Below, piece by piece: positions 1 through 8,945 of a stretch of 20,000 nt of DNA; positions within the stretch are counted from its first letter, which is position 1, and every line of letters begins with the position of its first letter. A program made the translations under genes and the position numbers. The notes beneath the pieces were generated by a model that worked only from the letters and a program-made list of their open reading frames with translations, did not search any database and had not been told where the DNA came from. The stretch lies in the IMG/VR virus record IMGVR_UViG_3300030330_006853; one strand, 5' to 3'. This DNA is from an uncultured virus (IMG/VR IMGVR_UViG_3300030330_006853) (Duplodnaviria > Heunggongvirae > Uroviricota > Caudoviricetes).

Positions 1-20
1 GTCGAAACCGTGTCGGCCCC
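1..20 (-). ncRNA. ssrA: tmRNA, 5' end only (continues beyond the window edge)
   Basis: Reverse complement of 20..1 is GGGGCCGACACGGTTTCGAC, matching the conserved tmRNA 5' end (GGGGCYGAnnnGGwTTCGAC; E. coli GGGGCTGATTCTGGATTCGAC). It starts just after the stop of ORF 22..657. Only 20 nt are visible. Confidence 0.75.
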
Positions 21-21
21 A

Positions 22-657
22 TTATAGTTCCTTATTTAGAGCGCCAAGCGCTACGTCTTTTATCCCTGAGGTAGGAATTCCTAGGGCAGACTTGTATGCA
101 GAAGAGAAAACTTCTTTAAAATCAACGTCACAAATTGTTTGTGCAACAGCTTGATAAATTGGACTTGCTTTATCGTTCGCAGCATCAGAAAGTATTTCTT
201 TTATTGCTCTTGCAAAAAGAGAATCGTTAGGAACGCCAAAAGATAGAGCTACTTTATCAATCCCTGTTTCCAAAAAAGCCTTCATGATCGCGTCGGTCAC
301 GTTGTAACACACATCGTAGTCATCAGAGTATATCAAGTCTGCAATGTCTTGAAAGTCTAAGTTTCCAAACGCGTTAACGATCATACCGTAAAACCAAGAC
401 TTAGGACTGACTCCCAAGTAGTCAAGAAAAGATTGTGCCAAAAGCTCTTTAACTGCGCCTACAGTGCTAGCCCCAGCGCTTGACAAAAAGCTAGACAAGC
501 GTGAAGGATCAGTAAACCTAGACAAGTCTATTTCTTTTAGAGCATCTAGATTTTTACTTTGATTTTGAGCTATAGGCTGAGATGTTTTTTTATTGAGCTG
601 GTTTTTAATCTCTTGCTCTATTAACGATTTAAACGTAGAAGGTGATACTTTATTCAT
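22..657 (-). CDS. Hypothetical helical protein with a divergent copy of the shared N-terminal motif
   Basis: 211-aa ORF with GGGAG SD. N-terminus MNKVSPSTFKSLIEQEIK. Preceded by ATACTTA at 675-681. Confidence 0.8.
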   Translation of the reverse strand: MNKVSPSTFKSLIEQEIKNQLNKKTSQPIAQNQSKNLDALKEIDLSRFTDPSRLSSFLSSAGASTVGAVKELLAQSFLDYLGVSPKSWFYGMIVNAFGNLDFQDIADLIYSDDYDVCYNVTDAIMKAFLETGIDKVALSFGVPNDSLFARAIKEILSDAANDKASPIYQAVAQTICDVDFKEVFSSAYKSALGIPTSGIKDVALGALNKEL

Positions 658-674
658 GACGATCTCCCGCCATA

Positions 675-681
675 TAAGTAT
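675..681 (-). promoter_or_regulatory. Putative phage late-promoter motif (ATACTTA)
   Basis: One of six intergenic RATANTTA-like copies upstream of minus-strand genes. Confidence 0.55.
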
Positions 682-690
682 TGTTATCTT

Positions 691-885
691 TTAAGATTTT
701 CTTGACTTGTCTTGTGCAAGGGATTCCTTTACAAGGTCTCCGGCAACTGTCTTCACCATTCTTAGGCCTTTTCTGGCACGAGTTCCTGCTGAAGCATTTC
801 CGCCTACGTTTTTGTGTATATCAATTTCTAGGGTCTCCATAAGAACCTTAAGCTCGTTCCACTTATCTAAAACTGAATTTCCCAT
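691..885 (-). CDS. Histone H1-like nucleoid protein (Hc1 family)
   Basis: 64-aa basic protein with the Hc1 signature GNASAGTRARKGL (family pattern GNxAAGTRARK). Confidence 0.8.
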   Translation of the reverse strand: MGNSVLDKWNELKVLMETLEIDIHKNVGGNASAGTRARKGLRMVKTVAGDLVKESLAQDKSRKS

Positions 886-886
886 C

Positions 887-1585
887 TTATCTCTCTCTTT
901 CTAATAATGACATAGTTTTGTCATATTGTTTTTGTAACTCTTCGAATAGTTTTTGTAAATAGCCATTCCTTCTTAAAACCTTAAAAACAATATTCTCTGT
1001 TGACATTTCGCCTCCGACTTCAAGACCTGCTGCTCTCATATTAGTAATCTTGTTTTTAATTTTTTTAAGCTTAGAATAAGAATTTTTCTTTCCAATCAAA
1101 TTATCAATTTGCTTAGCTATGTCTTTTGACTTCTTTAAAATAGTAGGCCTATCATAATCAACCTCTGACTTTATCGGAACAGAAATCCATTCATTGTCTA
1201 GTAAACTAAAAGCTCCTGCCATTTTCGGGACTTCTTTTGGAGCATGAACATAAACCTCAACTTCGTGTCCTTTGATTCTGATATCGTGTTTATTGTTCCA
1301 GAGTCTCCGAGCAGCATCAAAAAAAGCTTCGGCTAAATCCTTCTGGATTCCAAAGCCATCTAAATCAACTACTATGTGAACATCTATATCACTCTGAGGT
1401 GTGTAGTTGTAGTTTGCCATGCTTCCTGTGACTATTATATCACGAATTGGAGCACTTACCCTCAAGCTTTTCATGAAGTCGCTAGCAATTTTTTTAAGCT
1501 TTTCCAAGACTTGAACAGACATTTTCATGTCTTCGTTCCAGAGTTTTTTGCTCAGTTTAGATTTATCTTTTGCAGGTAGTTCCAT
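887..1585 (-). CDS. Pol-beta superfamily nucleotidyltransferase (phage type)
   Basis: Motif IVTGSMANYNYTPQSDIDVHIVVD (hG[GS]...DhD), later acidic strand EVEVYV, C-terminal ENIVFKVLRRNGY. Start moved from 1678 to the ATG at 1585 (GAGG SD, removes a long overlap). Confidence 0.85.
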   Translation of the reverse strand: MELPAKDKSKLSKKLWNEDMKMSVQVLEKLKKIASDFMKSLRVSAPIRDIIVTGSMANYNYTPQSDIDVHIVVDLDGFGIQKDLAEAFFDAARRLWNNKHDIRIKGHEVEVYVHAPKEVPKMAGAFSLLDNEWISVPIKSEVDYDRPTILKKSKDIAKQIDNLIGKKNSYSKLKKIKNKITNMRAAGLEVGGEMSTENIVFKVLRRNGYLQKLFEELQKQYDKTMSLLERER

Positions 1586-1613
1586 TTTAACCTCTTGCAG
1601 TAAATATGGAACA

Positions 1614-1856
1614 TCAAGTAATGATTTTAGGACCTTCTTTAAAAACTTCACCCTCATCAATCTTTTTGCATACTTCATTGATCATAAGCATAGCGTCTCT
1701 ACTCTCCAGCTCAAAAGCCAGTAGTTTTATAATTTTGACTATCTGATCTTGTGACACTCCAAAATCCATAATTTCGCTTACGATTTGTCGACATCGAAAT
1801 GTATCGAGCGCCCCTTTCTCTGTATTAGTTTCTCCGTATTTCTTAACTGTCATCAT
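1614..1856 (-). CDS. Hypothetical protein
   Basis: 80-aa ORF with AGGAG SD, coupled to the upstream gene and in the same orientation as its neighbours. Confidence 0.7.
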   Translation of the reverse strand: MMTVKKYGETNTEKGALDTFRCRQIVSEIMDFGVSQDQIVKIIKLLAFELESRDAMLMINEVCKKIDEGEVFKEGPKIIT

Positions 1857-2325
1857 CTTCTCCTACGTAAAGATCGCTTCCTTCAGCTTCTATTGTAAAT
1901 CGATCAAAGTATAGAATTTTTAAAAATTTACCCTCTTGACTTTTTTCAGTCTCAGACCTAGACAACAAAATTCTTTCATCCCACTTTTTGTTGTCAAAAA
2001 TAAATTTTGCATGCTCCCATGTTGCTAAGTCTACTTTATACTCTTCTAAAATGTCACAAAGGTCGTTTGGTAAACATATCTTAATATCCCTCTTTGTAAT
2101 CAATGTAGGAAGATCTTCTAAATTAGTGACAATCTCGCTTTTGCAAATATCCTTAACATTATGGACAACTCCGCAGTTTTCACATTGAGAGTATTTTTCT
2201 ACAACATCATCATCTCTAATCTCAGAAAAAACTACAAACTTATGAAAGACAGGATCAGGTCTTTTTCTATACTGTGGTAGTATGCAGTGACATTCAACTA
2301 AATGCTTTACGCCTGTAATGTTCAA
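1843..2325 (-). CDS. Hypothetical Cys/His-containing, probably zinc-binding protein
   Basis: 160-aa ORF with ECHC and CENC motifs; TTG start. Confidence 0.75.
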   Translation of the reverse strand: MNITGVKHLVECHCILPQYRKRPDPVFHKFVVFSEIRDDDVVEKYSQCENCGVVHNVKDICKSEIVTNLEDLPTLITKRDIKICLPNDLCDILEEYKVDLATWEHAKFIFDNKKWDERILLSRSETEKSQEGKFLKILYFDRFTIEAEGSDLYVGEDDDS

Positions 2326-2340
2326 CTTCTAATTTCACTA

Positions 2341-2562
2341 TCAGCGGTTATGTCTTTCTAGAACATTTGATAGAATTGCAGAGTCATTTGAAAGAACCTG
2401 CTCGATCGTTTGATCAAGCAAAAGTGAAAGACCCTCTATCTTCGAATCTTCAATGTCGATCATTTCTTTTCTCATTGCCGCGGTGAGGTTTTGCTTATAT
2501 CTGACCTGTAAAGTTTCTAAAACCTGCTTGACTGCATACATCACATCTGATTGTAAGCTCAT
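2341..2562 (-). CDS. Hypothetical helical protein
   Basis: 73-aa ORF with AAGGAG SD that fills the gap between its neighbours. Confidence 0.7.
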   Translation of the reverse strand: MSLQSDVMYAVKQVLETLQVRYKQNLTAAMRKEMIDIEDSKIEGLSLLLDQTIEQVLSNDSAILSNVLERHNR

Positions 2563-2585
2563 TTTAAAGCTCCTTCTGCTTTTTT

Positions 2586-3944
2586 CTAGTTAAATAATAC
2601 AGCATTATGAGTGTCTGTTAATAATTTTGAAAAAACTTTTGCATCTCTTAGACCAAGCGTAATAGAAGAAGAAGGTATGACGGGTATTCTTGAAAGCTTC
2701 TTTATTGTTGAGTCTGATAAGAATGTTTCTTCTTTTTTGAGTAGGCTTTTCAAAGATGAGAAATTAATTTTTCCAAATGCGATAAGAGACTTCATAGTTC
2801 TAAGGACGTTATCAATTTTTTCTGTCATTAAAACGTTGGAAGCTTCATCTTTTCTAGGAAGAATAATTCTGACAGTTCTTCCCGTCAGAGATTTAATTCT
2901 GCTATCTAGATATGCTAAATCATTCTCATTTTTTTCACGAGAATTTTTCAGTCGATCGACATGATATCTTACTGCATCTTTTTGTGATGGGTTGACTATT
3001 TTTATTTTTCCCATGCTAGCATGAAAATCATCAACGATCGGAAGGCTTTCTGGGTCAACTGATGATATGAGTTCACCCTTTAAACTTGAAATTACATCAC
3101 TTCCTGAGCATATAGCAATATCTACTAATTTATTAGGATTTGATTCTTCGATTGGGATTCCGATACACATAACATTAAGAACTCCTCTTTGATTATTCAG
3201 GACTATGGTAGAAATTACATCGTAAGAGAATCCTCTTGCACAAATAACTAGAGGGGCCTTTCTGTCCACGCAGTGATTCAGTATGTTATCAATCTCAGAA
3301 ACTTTTTCTATTAAGCCGTCAACAACAAGAACTTTGGCGTCTTTAAATTCCCATATATGTTTTTTCATAGAAGATAAAACATTAACATCAGGCGTGCACT
3401 GGAAATAATATCCGCTTGTTACATCGATCGCAGGCTGGTTTACTTCACTAAACTCTATAGCAACAGTTCCCTCCAGCCCTGCTTTCTTAATAGCTTCAAT
3501 TATAATGCTTTGCATTTGAGGATTGAAGTTCCACTTTAATATTTTTTTAAAGTCTTTGAGTTTTGCTCTTTCCGATGACTTGTGAAATATTTCAAAAAGC
3601 CTTAATACTTGTTCGTTAAAGTCAATTATCCTAAATTCACTTAGTGATGCCTGCATTAAATCTACAAGTATGTGAAAAAGGACTTCAGAAGAAATTGCAG
3701 ATTTCTTTTCGGCCTCGTAGCATGCTTCTCTTATCATTGAAAGTATCAAGTTTTCAAGCCTGGACTCGCCCTTCATTATCTTCAGGGCTGTCAATATAGA
3801 CCTGCTCACCAAGGGCGTATTGTCTACGCTGAAAATAAAACCTCTTTCATCTTTTTCAGACGAAATCTTTTCAATTTTTTGCAATGATAAAAGAAGAGCT
3901 TTTTTAATCTCTTCTCTTTTGTGGACAGTAATATTGTCTTTCAC
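2586..3944 (-). CDS. Divergent GroEL/Cpn60-like chaperonin lacking the GDGTTT motif
   Basis: Segments KAGLEGTVAIE, KVLVVDGLIEKVSEIDNIL, PLVICARGFSYDVISTIVLNNQRGVLNV and LVDIAICSGSDVIS align by eye with the GroEL intermediate and apical domains ([45 protein letters not shown]). Confidence 0.8.
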   Translation of the reverse strand: MKDNITVHKREEIKKALLLSLQKIEKISSEKDERGFIFSVDNTPLVSRSILTALKIMKGESRLENLILSMIREACYEAEKKSAISSEVLFHILVDLMQASLSEFRIIDFNEQVLRLFEIFHKSSERAKLKDFKKILKWNFNPQMQSIIIEAIKKAGLEGTVAIEFSEVNQPAIDVTSGYYFQCTPDVNVLSSMKKHIWEFKDAKVLVVDGLIEKVSEIDNILNHCVDRKAPLVICARGFSYDVISTIVLNNQRGVLNVMCIGIPIEESNPNKLVDIAICSGSDVISSLKGELISSVDPESLPIVDDFHASMGKIKIVNPSQKDAVRYHVDRLKNSREKNENDLAYLDSRIKSLTGRTVRIILPRKDEASNVLMTEKIDNVLRTMKSLIAFGKINFSSLKSLLKKEETFLSDSTIKKLSRIPVIPSSSITLGLRDAKVFSKLLTDTHNAVLFN

Positions 3945-3954
3945 CTAGAACGAC

Positions 3955-5886
3955 CTAGCCATCTCTCCAAAGATTATTAGCAGCAAACTTAATCACTTCT
4001 TCTGCAGAATCTTCATTGTATCCATAGTCATCAATAAGTGTAGACACCATATCATTATATTTTTTCTGCTGCTTGTTGTCTCTAGACTTTGATTTTGTAA
4101 CAATTCTTGACATATCTTTCACAGATGTCATAAGCTTATTTTCAATGGCTTCTTTGAGGGGCCCATAAGCCTTCCAATCAATCTTCTTTTTAGCGCGAAG
4201 AAGAGTGAACATGTAAGTAGTAACATCAGACCTAAACCCGTCTCTGGCTGAACCCGTAATCCCTATATTCTCTTCAATTGATTTCATGAAGTTTTCGTCA
4301 GGTTCCATCTCTTCTCTAGTCACTTTATCTTTTACTCTAGTCTTGTTGACGTAAGCTTCAGCATGATCAAGGTAGTTATCAAACAGGGTTTCTGCCTGCT
4401 CTTCGTATGCACTTACAAAAGCTTTGGTAATTTCCTTCTCCAAAATTCTCAAGTATTCTTCATGAAGAGTTTTCTGCAAGTATTGAAGATATCTTTCTCT
4501 TGCTTCCTCATCAATGATCTGCTCTTTTACTTGCTTAATCAGAGAGTCTCTGACGGAAATCGGAGTTACCATATTTCTCTCAGAGTCTGAAAGCGCTGAG
4601 TCGATCGCTTTGGTGATGAAGCGCGTTGAGATGCCGGTCATGCCTTCATCGCGGGATTCCTCACGAAGATCTTTGATGTCGACCTTCTTGACTCTTCCCT
4701 TTTCAATGATGTCCTCACCGTTGTAGATCTTCATCTTAACCAAAGGATCAACCTTACCAGAAGGTTTCAGGCGAGACATCACGGCGAACATTGATGCCAC
4801 CTCAAGTGTGTGTGGTGCGATGTGTGCATCAAAGTCAGACATCTTTAACATCTTCTGGTAAATCTTTACCTCTTCGTCAAGTTCTAGGCAGTACGGGACA
4901 TTAATCTTAACGATTCGGTCAAGGATTGCTTCATTTGTGTGTGTGGATTTAAATCGGTTCCATTCCGCTTCGTTACAGTGTGCAAGAATCACACCGTCAA
5001 AGTAAATCATAGCACCTTTACCAGGGGAGGGAACTGCTTTCTCCTGCGTTGCTGTGATCATTGTGTGAAGGAACTCGATCTCATTTTTAAAGACCTCCAC
5101 AAACTCAACGATACCTCTGTTACCAACATTAAAGGCCCCGTTTAAGGAAAGCACTCTGGGATCATCCTCGGGATACAGATCCAACTTAGAGATGTCCTCT
5201 GAGCCTATGAGGATTGAAGTGTCTTGAGTATTAGCATCTACAGGAGGAACGACACCTACACCCCGTCTTCCTCGAACTGAGAAAGATGATTGCTTGACTG
5301 GAAAATCTTCGTACTTACCGTCGAACTCTTCTAAGAGCCTATGGCGGCAAACTGGACAGAGATCTCCTTCAATCTTCACACCAAGCATTTCTTCAAATTG
5401 GGGTCGAAGAGATCGAGGCAGCAGATGAAGAGGTTCTTCTCTAATCGGGCAGCCCTCGAGATGATAAATGCTGTCTGCTCTTTCAAGCCCCTTTTTAATG
5501 TGCTCAATAAGCGCTGATTTTCCGGCGCCGACTGGGCCTAGCAAAAGAAGAACTTGTCTACTTTCCTCGCCTTTCATTGATGCAGATCTAAGGAATCTCA
5601 TTACCTTGGCAAGTGACCTCTCCATTCCAAAGAAGTGAGGTTTAAAGTAATTGTAGACTTTTATTTTCTCGCTATCGAAAAGTCGTCGACATCTTTCATC
5701 AGTTTCATCGAGGACTTCGATTCCTTCTGAAGTTAAAGACTCATATAGCCTTTTATGTGCAAGATTTGCAATCTTAGGATCTTCTTCTAAGACTTCTAAA
5801 TATTCAAGAAAAGTTCCCTCAAATGACTTGTCTTTCTTTTCAGCTCTCTGCTTGCTAATAATTTCAGCAAATTTTGATTTTGACAT
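3955..5886 (-). CDS. prkA: PrkA/YeaG family AAA+ ATPase / serine protein kinase
   Basis: 643 aa. Walker A GPVGAGKS, FFGME, CPIREEPLHL, NRGIVEFVEVFKN, NEAILDR and VPYCL are all typical of PrkA. Confidence 0.95.
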   Translation of the reverse strand: MSKSKFAEIISKQRAEKKDKSFEGTFLEYLEVLEEDPKIANLAHKRLYESLTSEGIEVLDETDERCRRLFDSEKIKVYNYFKPHFFGMERSLAKVMRFLRSASMKGEESRQVLLLLGPVGAGKSALIEHIKKGLERADSIYHLEGCPIREEPLHLLPRSLRPQFEEMLGVKIEGDLCPVCRHRLLEEFDGKYEDFPVKQSSFSVRGRRGVGVVPPVDANTQDTSILIGSEDISKLDLYPEDDPRVLSLNGAFNVGNRGIVEFVEVFKNEIEFLHTMITATQEKAVPSPGKGAMIYFDGVILAHCNEAEWNRFKSTHTNEAILDRIVKINVPYCLELDEEVKIYQKMLKMSDFDAHIAPHTLEVASMFAVMSRLKPSGKVDPLVKMKIYNGEDIIEKGRVKKVDIKDLREESRDEGMTGISTRFITKAIDSALSDSERNMVTPISVRDSLIKQVKEQIIDEEARERYLQYLQKTLHEEYLRILEKEITKAFVSAYEEQAETLFDNYLDHAEAYVNKTRVKDKVTREEMEPDENFMKSIEENIGITGSARDGFRSDVTTYMFTLLRAKKKIDWKAYGPLKEAIENKLMTSVKDMSRIVTKSKSRDNKQQKKYNDMVSTLIDDYGYNEDSAEEVIKFAANNLWRDG

Positions 5887-5932
5887 TCTTTATGCTCCAC
5901 ACGTTCAATAATACACAATAATATGTAGGAGT

Positions 5933-7240
5933 TTAAATCTCGAAAGGTTCGTCTTCTATGATTGTAAAGAACTTAAAGTCATCACCCCAGAGGTCTAGGA
6001 TGTGGTCACATACATTGTGTGCGTAATCAAGATCTAAATCTCTACCATCATGCTCATGTCGCAGAACTAGAGTGTGATCCTTCTGCATTTCTTCTATATA
6101 AATGTTTGGCAGTGAGTTAAGACCTACATTTTTTATAAGGTCTTCTCGAATCTGCTTCCACCCACCTTCGTCAGATATATCGTCGATTGTCCACTCTTTC
6201 TTTTTCTTTGAATAAGAGAAAAGATTAAGATCTTCGCAGATCTCGCGGTTAAGGTATGTCCTAATAAAAGATTCATCATTGTGTGATGTTCTAGCTATGA
6301 AGCACTCATCTAGACCCTTATTTTCTTCAATCCACTTAAAAATGGTAAAACCTAAGTGATATGGATTAATTCTTCCAACCATAGGCCTAAGAACTTGATT
6401 ATGAAACTTCAAAAAAGATAAGTGGAACTCTTGAGGAAGATCTAATTCTGACATGATTTTATAGTGCCAAAACGATGCCCAGCCTTCATTCATAATTTTT
6501 GTCATTGCTTGCGGCATAAAATACATCGACTCTTCTCGAACAATATTAACAATATCTCTTTCCCAGGAATCTAGATTCCTAGAATATTTTGCTATAAATC
6601 CTAAGACATCATAGTCTGGCTCTAAGGGTATTTTATTGACATTGAAGTCAAGTGGTAAATTCTCCGGCATGTAATTGGCAATATCAACATAATATTGCTT
6701 TATTTCATCGTGAGTCTTTCTTTTTATTCCGAATTCACGATAGTTGTGATATTTGAGAGCGTGACAGGCGTCAATAATCTTCTCTACAGACTCTACGCCG
6801 ATGTGTGTGTTATCAACATACTTCTTGATTCTCTTTGCCGCATTTCTAAATCTAGAAATTACATTTGCAGCATCTGTATGGCCAAACATTCGGTTGTTCT
6901 TAAAAAAGTCAGAGTGGCCTACACAATGTGCCATAATAAGAACCTGGAGAGGAAGAGGATTCTCAGACATTAAATATGATATCGAAGGATCACTATTGAT
7001 GATCATCTCATAGGGAAGACCCTCCATGCCGAGATTATACATGGTGTGTGTTCTCTCAAAAGATTTTCCATAAGACCAGTGCTGGTAGTGTGTCGGCATT
7101 CCAATGTATGACATGTAACCAATCATATCATGATAATCACATACCTCATAGTCAATCGGATACCAGTCAAGATTGTATTTCTTGGCTAGGCTAACAATTT
7201 TTTCGTCCCATTCTTGCAAGTCTTCAAAAGTCCATTGCAT
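5933..7240 (-). CDS. spoVR: SpoVR/YcgB family protein
   Basis: 435 aa with the SpoVR motifs GMPTHYQHWSYGK, YEMIINSDP, AHCVGHSDFFKNN, TKIMNEGWASFWH and NPYHLG. Confidence 0.95.
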   Translation of the reverse strand: MQWTFEDLQEWDEKIVSLAKKYNLDWYPIDYEVCDYHDMIGYMSYIGMPTHYQHWSYGKSFERTHTMYNLGMEGLPYEMIINSDPSISYLMSENPLPLQVLIMAHCVGHSDFFKNNRMFGHTDAANVISRFRNAAKRIKKYVDNTHIGVESVEKIIDACHALKYHNYREFGIKRKTHDEIKQYYVDIANYMPENLPLDFNVNKIPLEPDYDVLGFIAKYSRNLDSWERDIVNIVREESMYFMPQAMTKIMNEGWASFWHYKIMSELDLPQEFHLSFLKFHNQVLRPMVGRINPYHLGFTIFKWIEENKGLDECFIARTSHNDESFIRTYLNREICEDLNLFSYSKKKKEWTIDDISDEGGWKQIREDLIKNVGLNSLPNIYIEEMQKDHTLVLRHEHDGRDLDLDYAHNVCDHILDLWGDDFKFFTIIEDEPFEI

Positions 7241-8409
7241 TACTCTGATCTCCCTCCGAAAAGCTTTTTAAATGAAGGCCAAATCTCCTTTGAATTAATC
7301 ATCTTTAACGTCTTAAATTTCTTTCCTACCAGCGGTTGGTAAACATCCCACATTCTAGAGTTTCCATTTTGACGCCACTGAGATGATTCATTTGCAGGAT
7401 CAATTTCACAAAAAGCGTAGAGCTGTGAAATCTCTTTAAGTTTTTGCGAAACATTAAAAGCTTTTTCTTCATCCTCTGACCAGTTGTCTCCATCAGAGCA
7501 GTGAAAAGAATAAATGTTCCAATTACTAGGGTGATATCTCTTTTCTACTATTTCCAGAGTAAGATCAATGGCAGGGGAAATAAAAGTTCCGCCTGAAGGA
7601 GCTAAGCTAAAGAAATCGTTCTCGCTTACTTCTTTTGCTGTTGTTGTATGAGCAATGAATACAACTTCCACATTGTCGTACTTGTGCCTCAAGAATTGAT
7701 ATAGAAGAAAGAAAAAACTGCGCGCAATATACTTTTTCTCTGTGCTCATTGACCCAGAAATATCCATGATAAAGAATATTGCCGCCGATGATATTTCTGT
7801 CTCTTTTACTTTGAAATGCTTATATCGAAGGTCGTCATCATGAAAAGGAAATCTTTCCTCATCTTCAGGGTTATAAGTTCCTGCTTTCTGAGCCATTTTC
7901 TTTCGGCGGATCTTCTGCTTGAGAGTCTCTTTTTTCGAAAGGCGAGGACGAATTCCCTTGGGTCTAAAACCTTTTCTACGAAAAGTATCGGAGGACAGAA
8001 ACTTAAATTTCTTTTTATCCAGGTCAGGAAGCTCAAGATCGCTGAAAAGATATTCTGCGAGTTCCTCTAATGTAATCTCTACGTCATAGAACTCTTCACC
8101 TGGTTTATCACCTGGTTTGTTACCTGATTTGTTACCTTCGTTATCCTCAGCAATCTTTTGACCGCGGTGGATATCTTTGCCAGGAGCTGATCCTACTTTC
8201 TTGGAGTTGTCGCCGTAGATAAACTGGTATTCTTTAATGCCTTTGACAGGTATCCGAACTTTTTTCTTGCCATCTTGTCCAATAATAGACTCTTCAGCAA
8301 CTATATTTCTAATTCCTTCTTTTAAGGCTTTATCTATTTTTTGTTTGTGTCTAGATCGATCTGTAGCTGATCTGTCTGCTATGGATTTATGTTTTCGAAA
8401 AGTGCTCAT
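7240..8409 (-). CDS. yeaH: YeaH/YhbH (DUF444) vWA-domain protein
   Basis: 389 aa with the MIDAS-type motif MDISGSM, plus FIAHTT, GGTFIS, WNIY and SDGDNW. Its stop overlaps the spoVR start (TAATG). Confidence 0.93.
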   Translation of the reverse strand: MSTFRKHKSIADRSATDRSRHKQKIDKALKEGIRNIVAEESIIGQDGKKKVRIPVKGIKEYQFIYGDNSKKVGSAPGKDIHRGQKIAEDNEGNKSGNKPGDKPGEEFYDVEITLEELAEYLFSDLELPDLDKKKFKFLSSDTFRRKGFRPKGIRPRLSKKETLKQKIRRKKMAQKAGTYNPEDEERFPFHDDDLRYKHFKVKETEISSAAIFFIMDISGSMSTEKKYIARSFFFLLYQFLRHKYDNVEVVFIAHTTTAKEVSENDFFSLAPSGGTFISPAIDLTLEIVEKRYHPSNWNIYSFHCSDGDNWSEDEEKAFNVSQKLKEISQLYAFCEIDPANESSQWRQNGNSRMWDVYQPLVGKKFKTLKMINSKEIWPSFKKLFGGRSE

Positions 8410-8427
8410 AGTTGTTCTTGGACATTT

Positions 8428-8880
8428 TTAAGATAACATCATCTTCCATAGCATATTAACAACTAGAGCGAAAAGTGTACTACCGAATAGCCATTGTAGC
8501 CTAGAAACATTTGATTGCCATATCTTGAGTCTATCTAAATCAATATTATGCTGGTCGATTACATCTATCTTTTTTGCAGCTTCTTTTTGCCAACCAATAA
8601 AGTCCTCAAGTAGCTCAATTTTCTGCTCTGCTCTTTCGACAAACTGGAGCCTTCTATTAGACTCTGCTTCAAGATCTCTCACTCTAGAGATAATTCCTTT
8701 TTCAGGATCATTTATAGTGTCTTTAAGTTCATCAACAGACTCATGAAGAGACTGGATGCTAGAATTTGCATTCTTTACATCAACAGCAAGTTTATCAAAT
8801 CCACCGTTTAATACTTTAGCACTTGCCAGCTTCTCATTAATTGAAGCTATAGCTTTTAAAATTTGATCGTTGGTTGCCAA
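8428..8880 (-). CDS. Coiled-coil protein with C-terminal transmembrane helix (XhlA/holin-like architecture)
   Basis: Heptad-rich body and C-terminal hydrophobic segment LQWLFGSTLFALVVNMLW. TTG start with AGGAG SD. Confidence 0.75.
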   Translation of the reverse strand: MATNDQILKAIASINEKLASAKVLNGGFDKLAVDVKNANSSIQSLHESVDELKDTINDPEKGIISRVRDLEAESNRRLQFVERAEQKIELLEDFIGWQKEAAKKIDVIDQHNIDLDRLKIWQSNVSRLQWLFGSTLFALVVNMLWKMMLS

Positions 8881-8884
8881 TTTA

Positions 8885-8936
8885 CTCTCCTGAGAATCTG
8901 CAAAGAACTCTGTATTAAGTATCTAAAACAGGAGAG
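8885..8936 (-). promoter_or_regulatory. SD-sequestering inverted repeat enclosing a putative late promoter
   Basis: Perfect 8-bp inverted repeat CTCTCCTG (8885-8892) / CAGGAGAG (8929-8936). The downstream arm contains the SD of the 8880 gene, and ATACTTA (8916-8922) lies between the arms. Confidence 0.6.
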
Positions 8937-8945
8937 AATTTGCCC

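Noticed and set aside
2586..3944. groEL pseudogene or canonical groEL
   Set aside because: The long intact ORF argues against a pseudogene, and the missing GDGTTT motif and absence of an adjacent groES argue against a canonical groEL.
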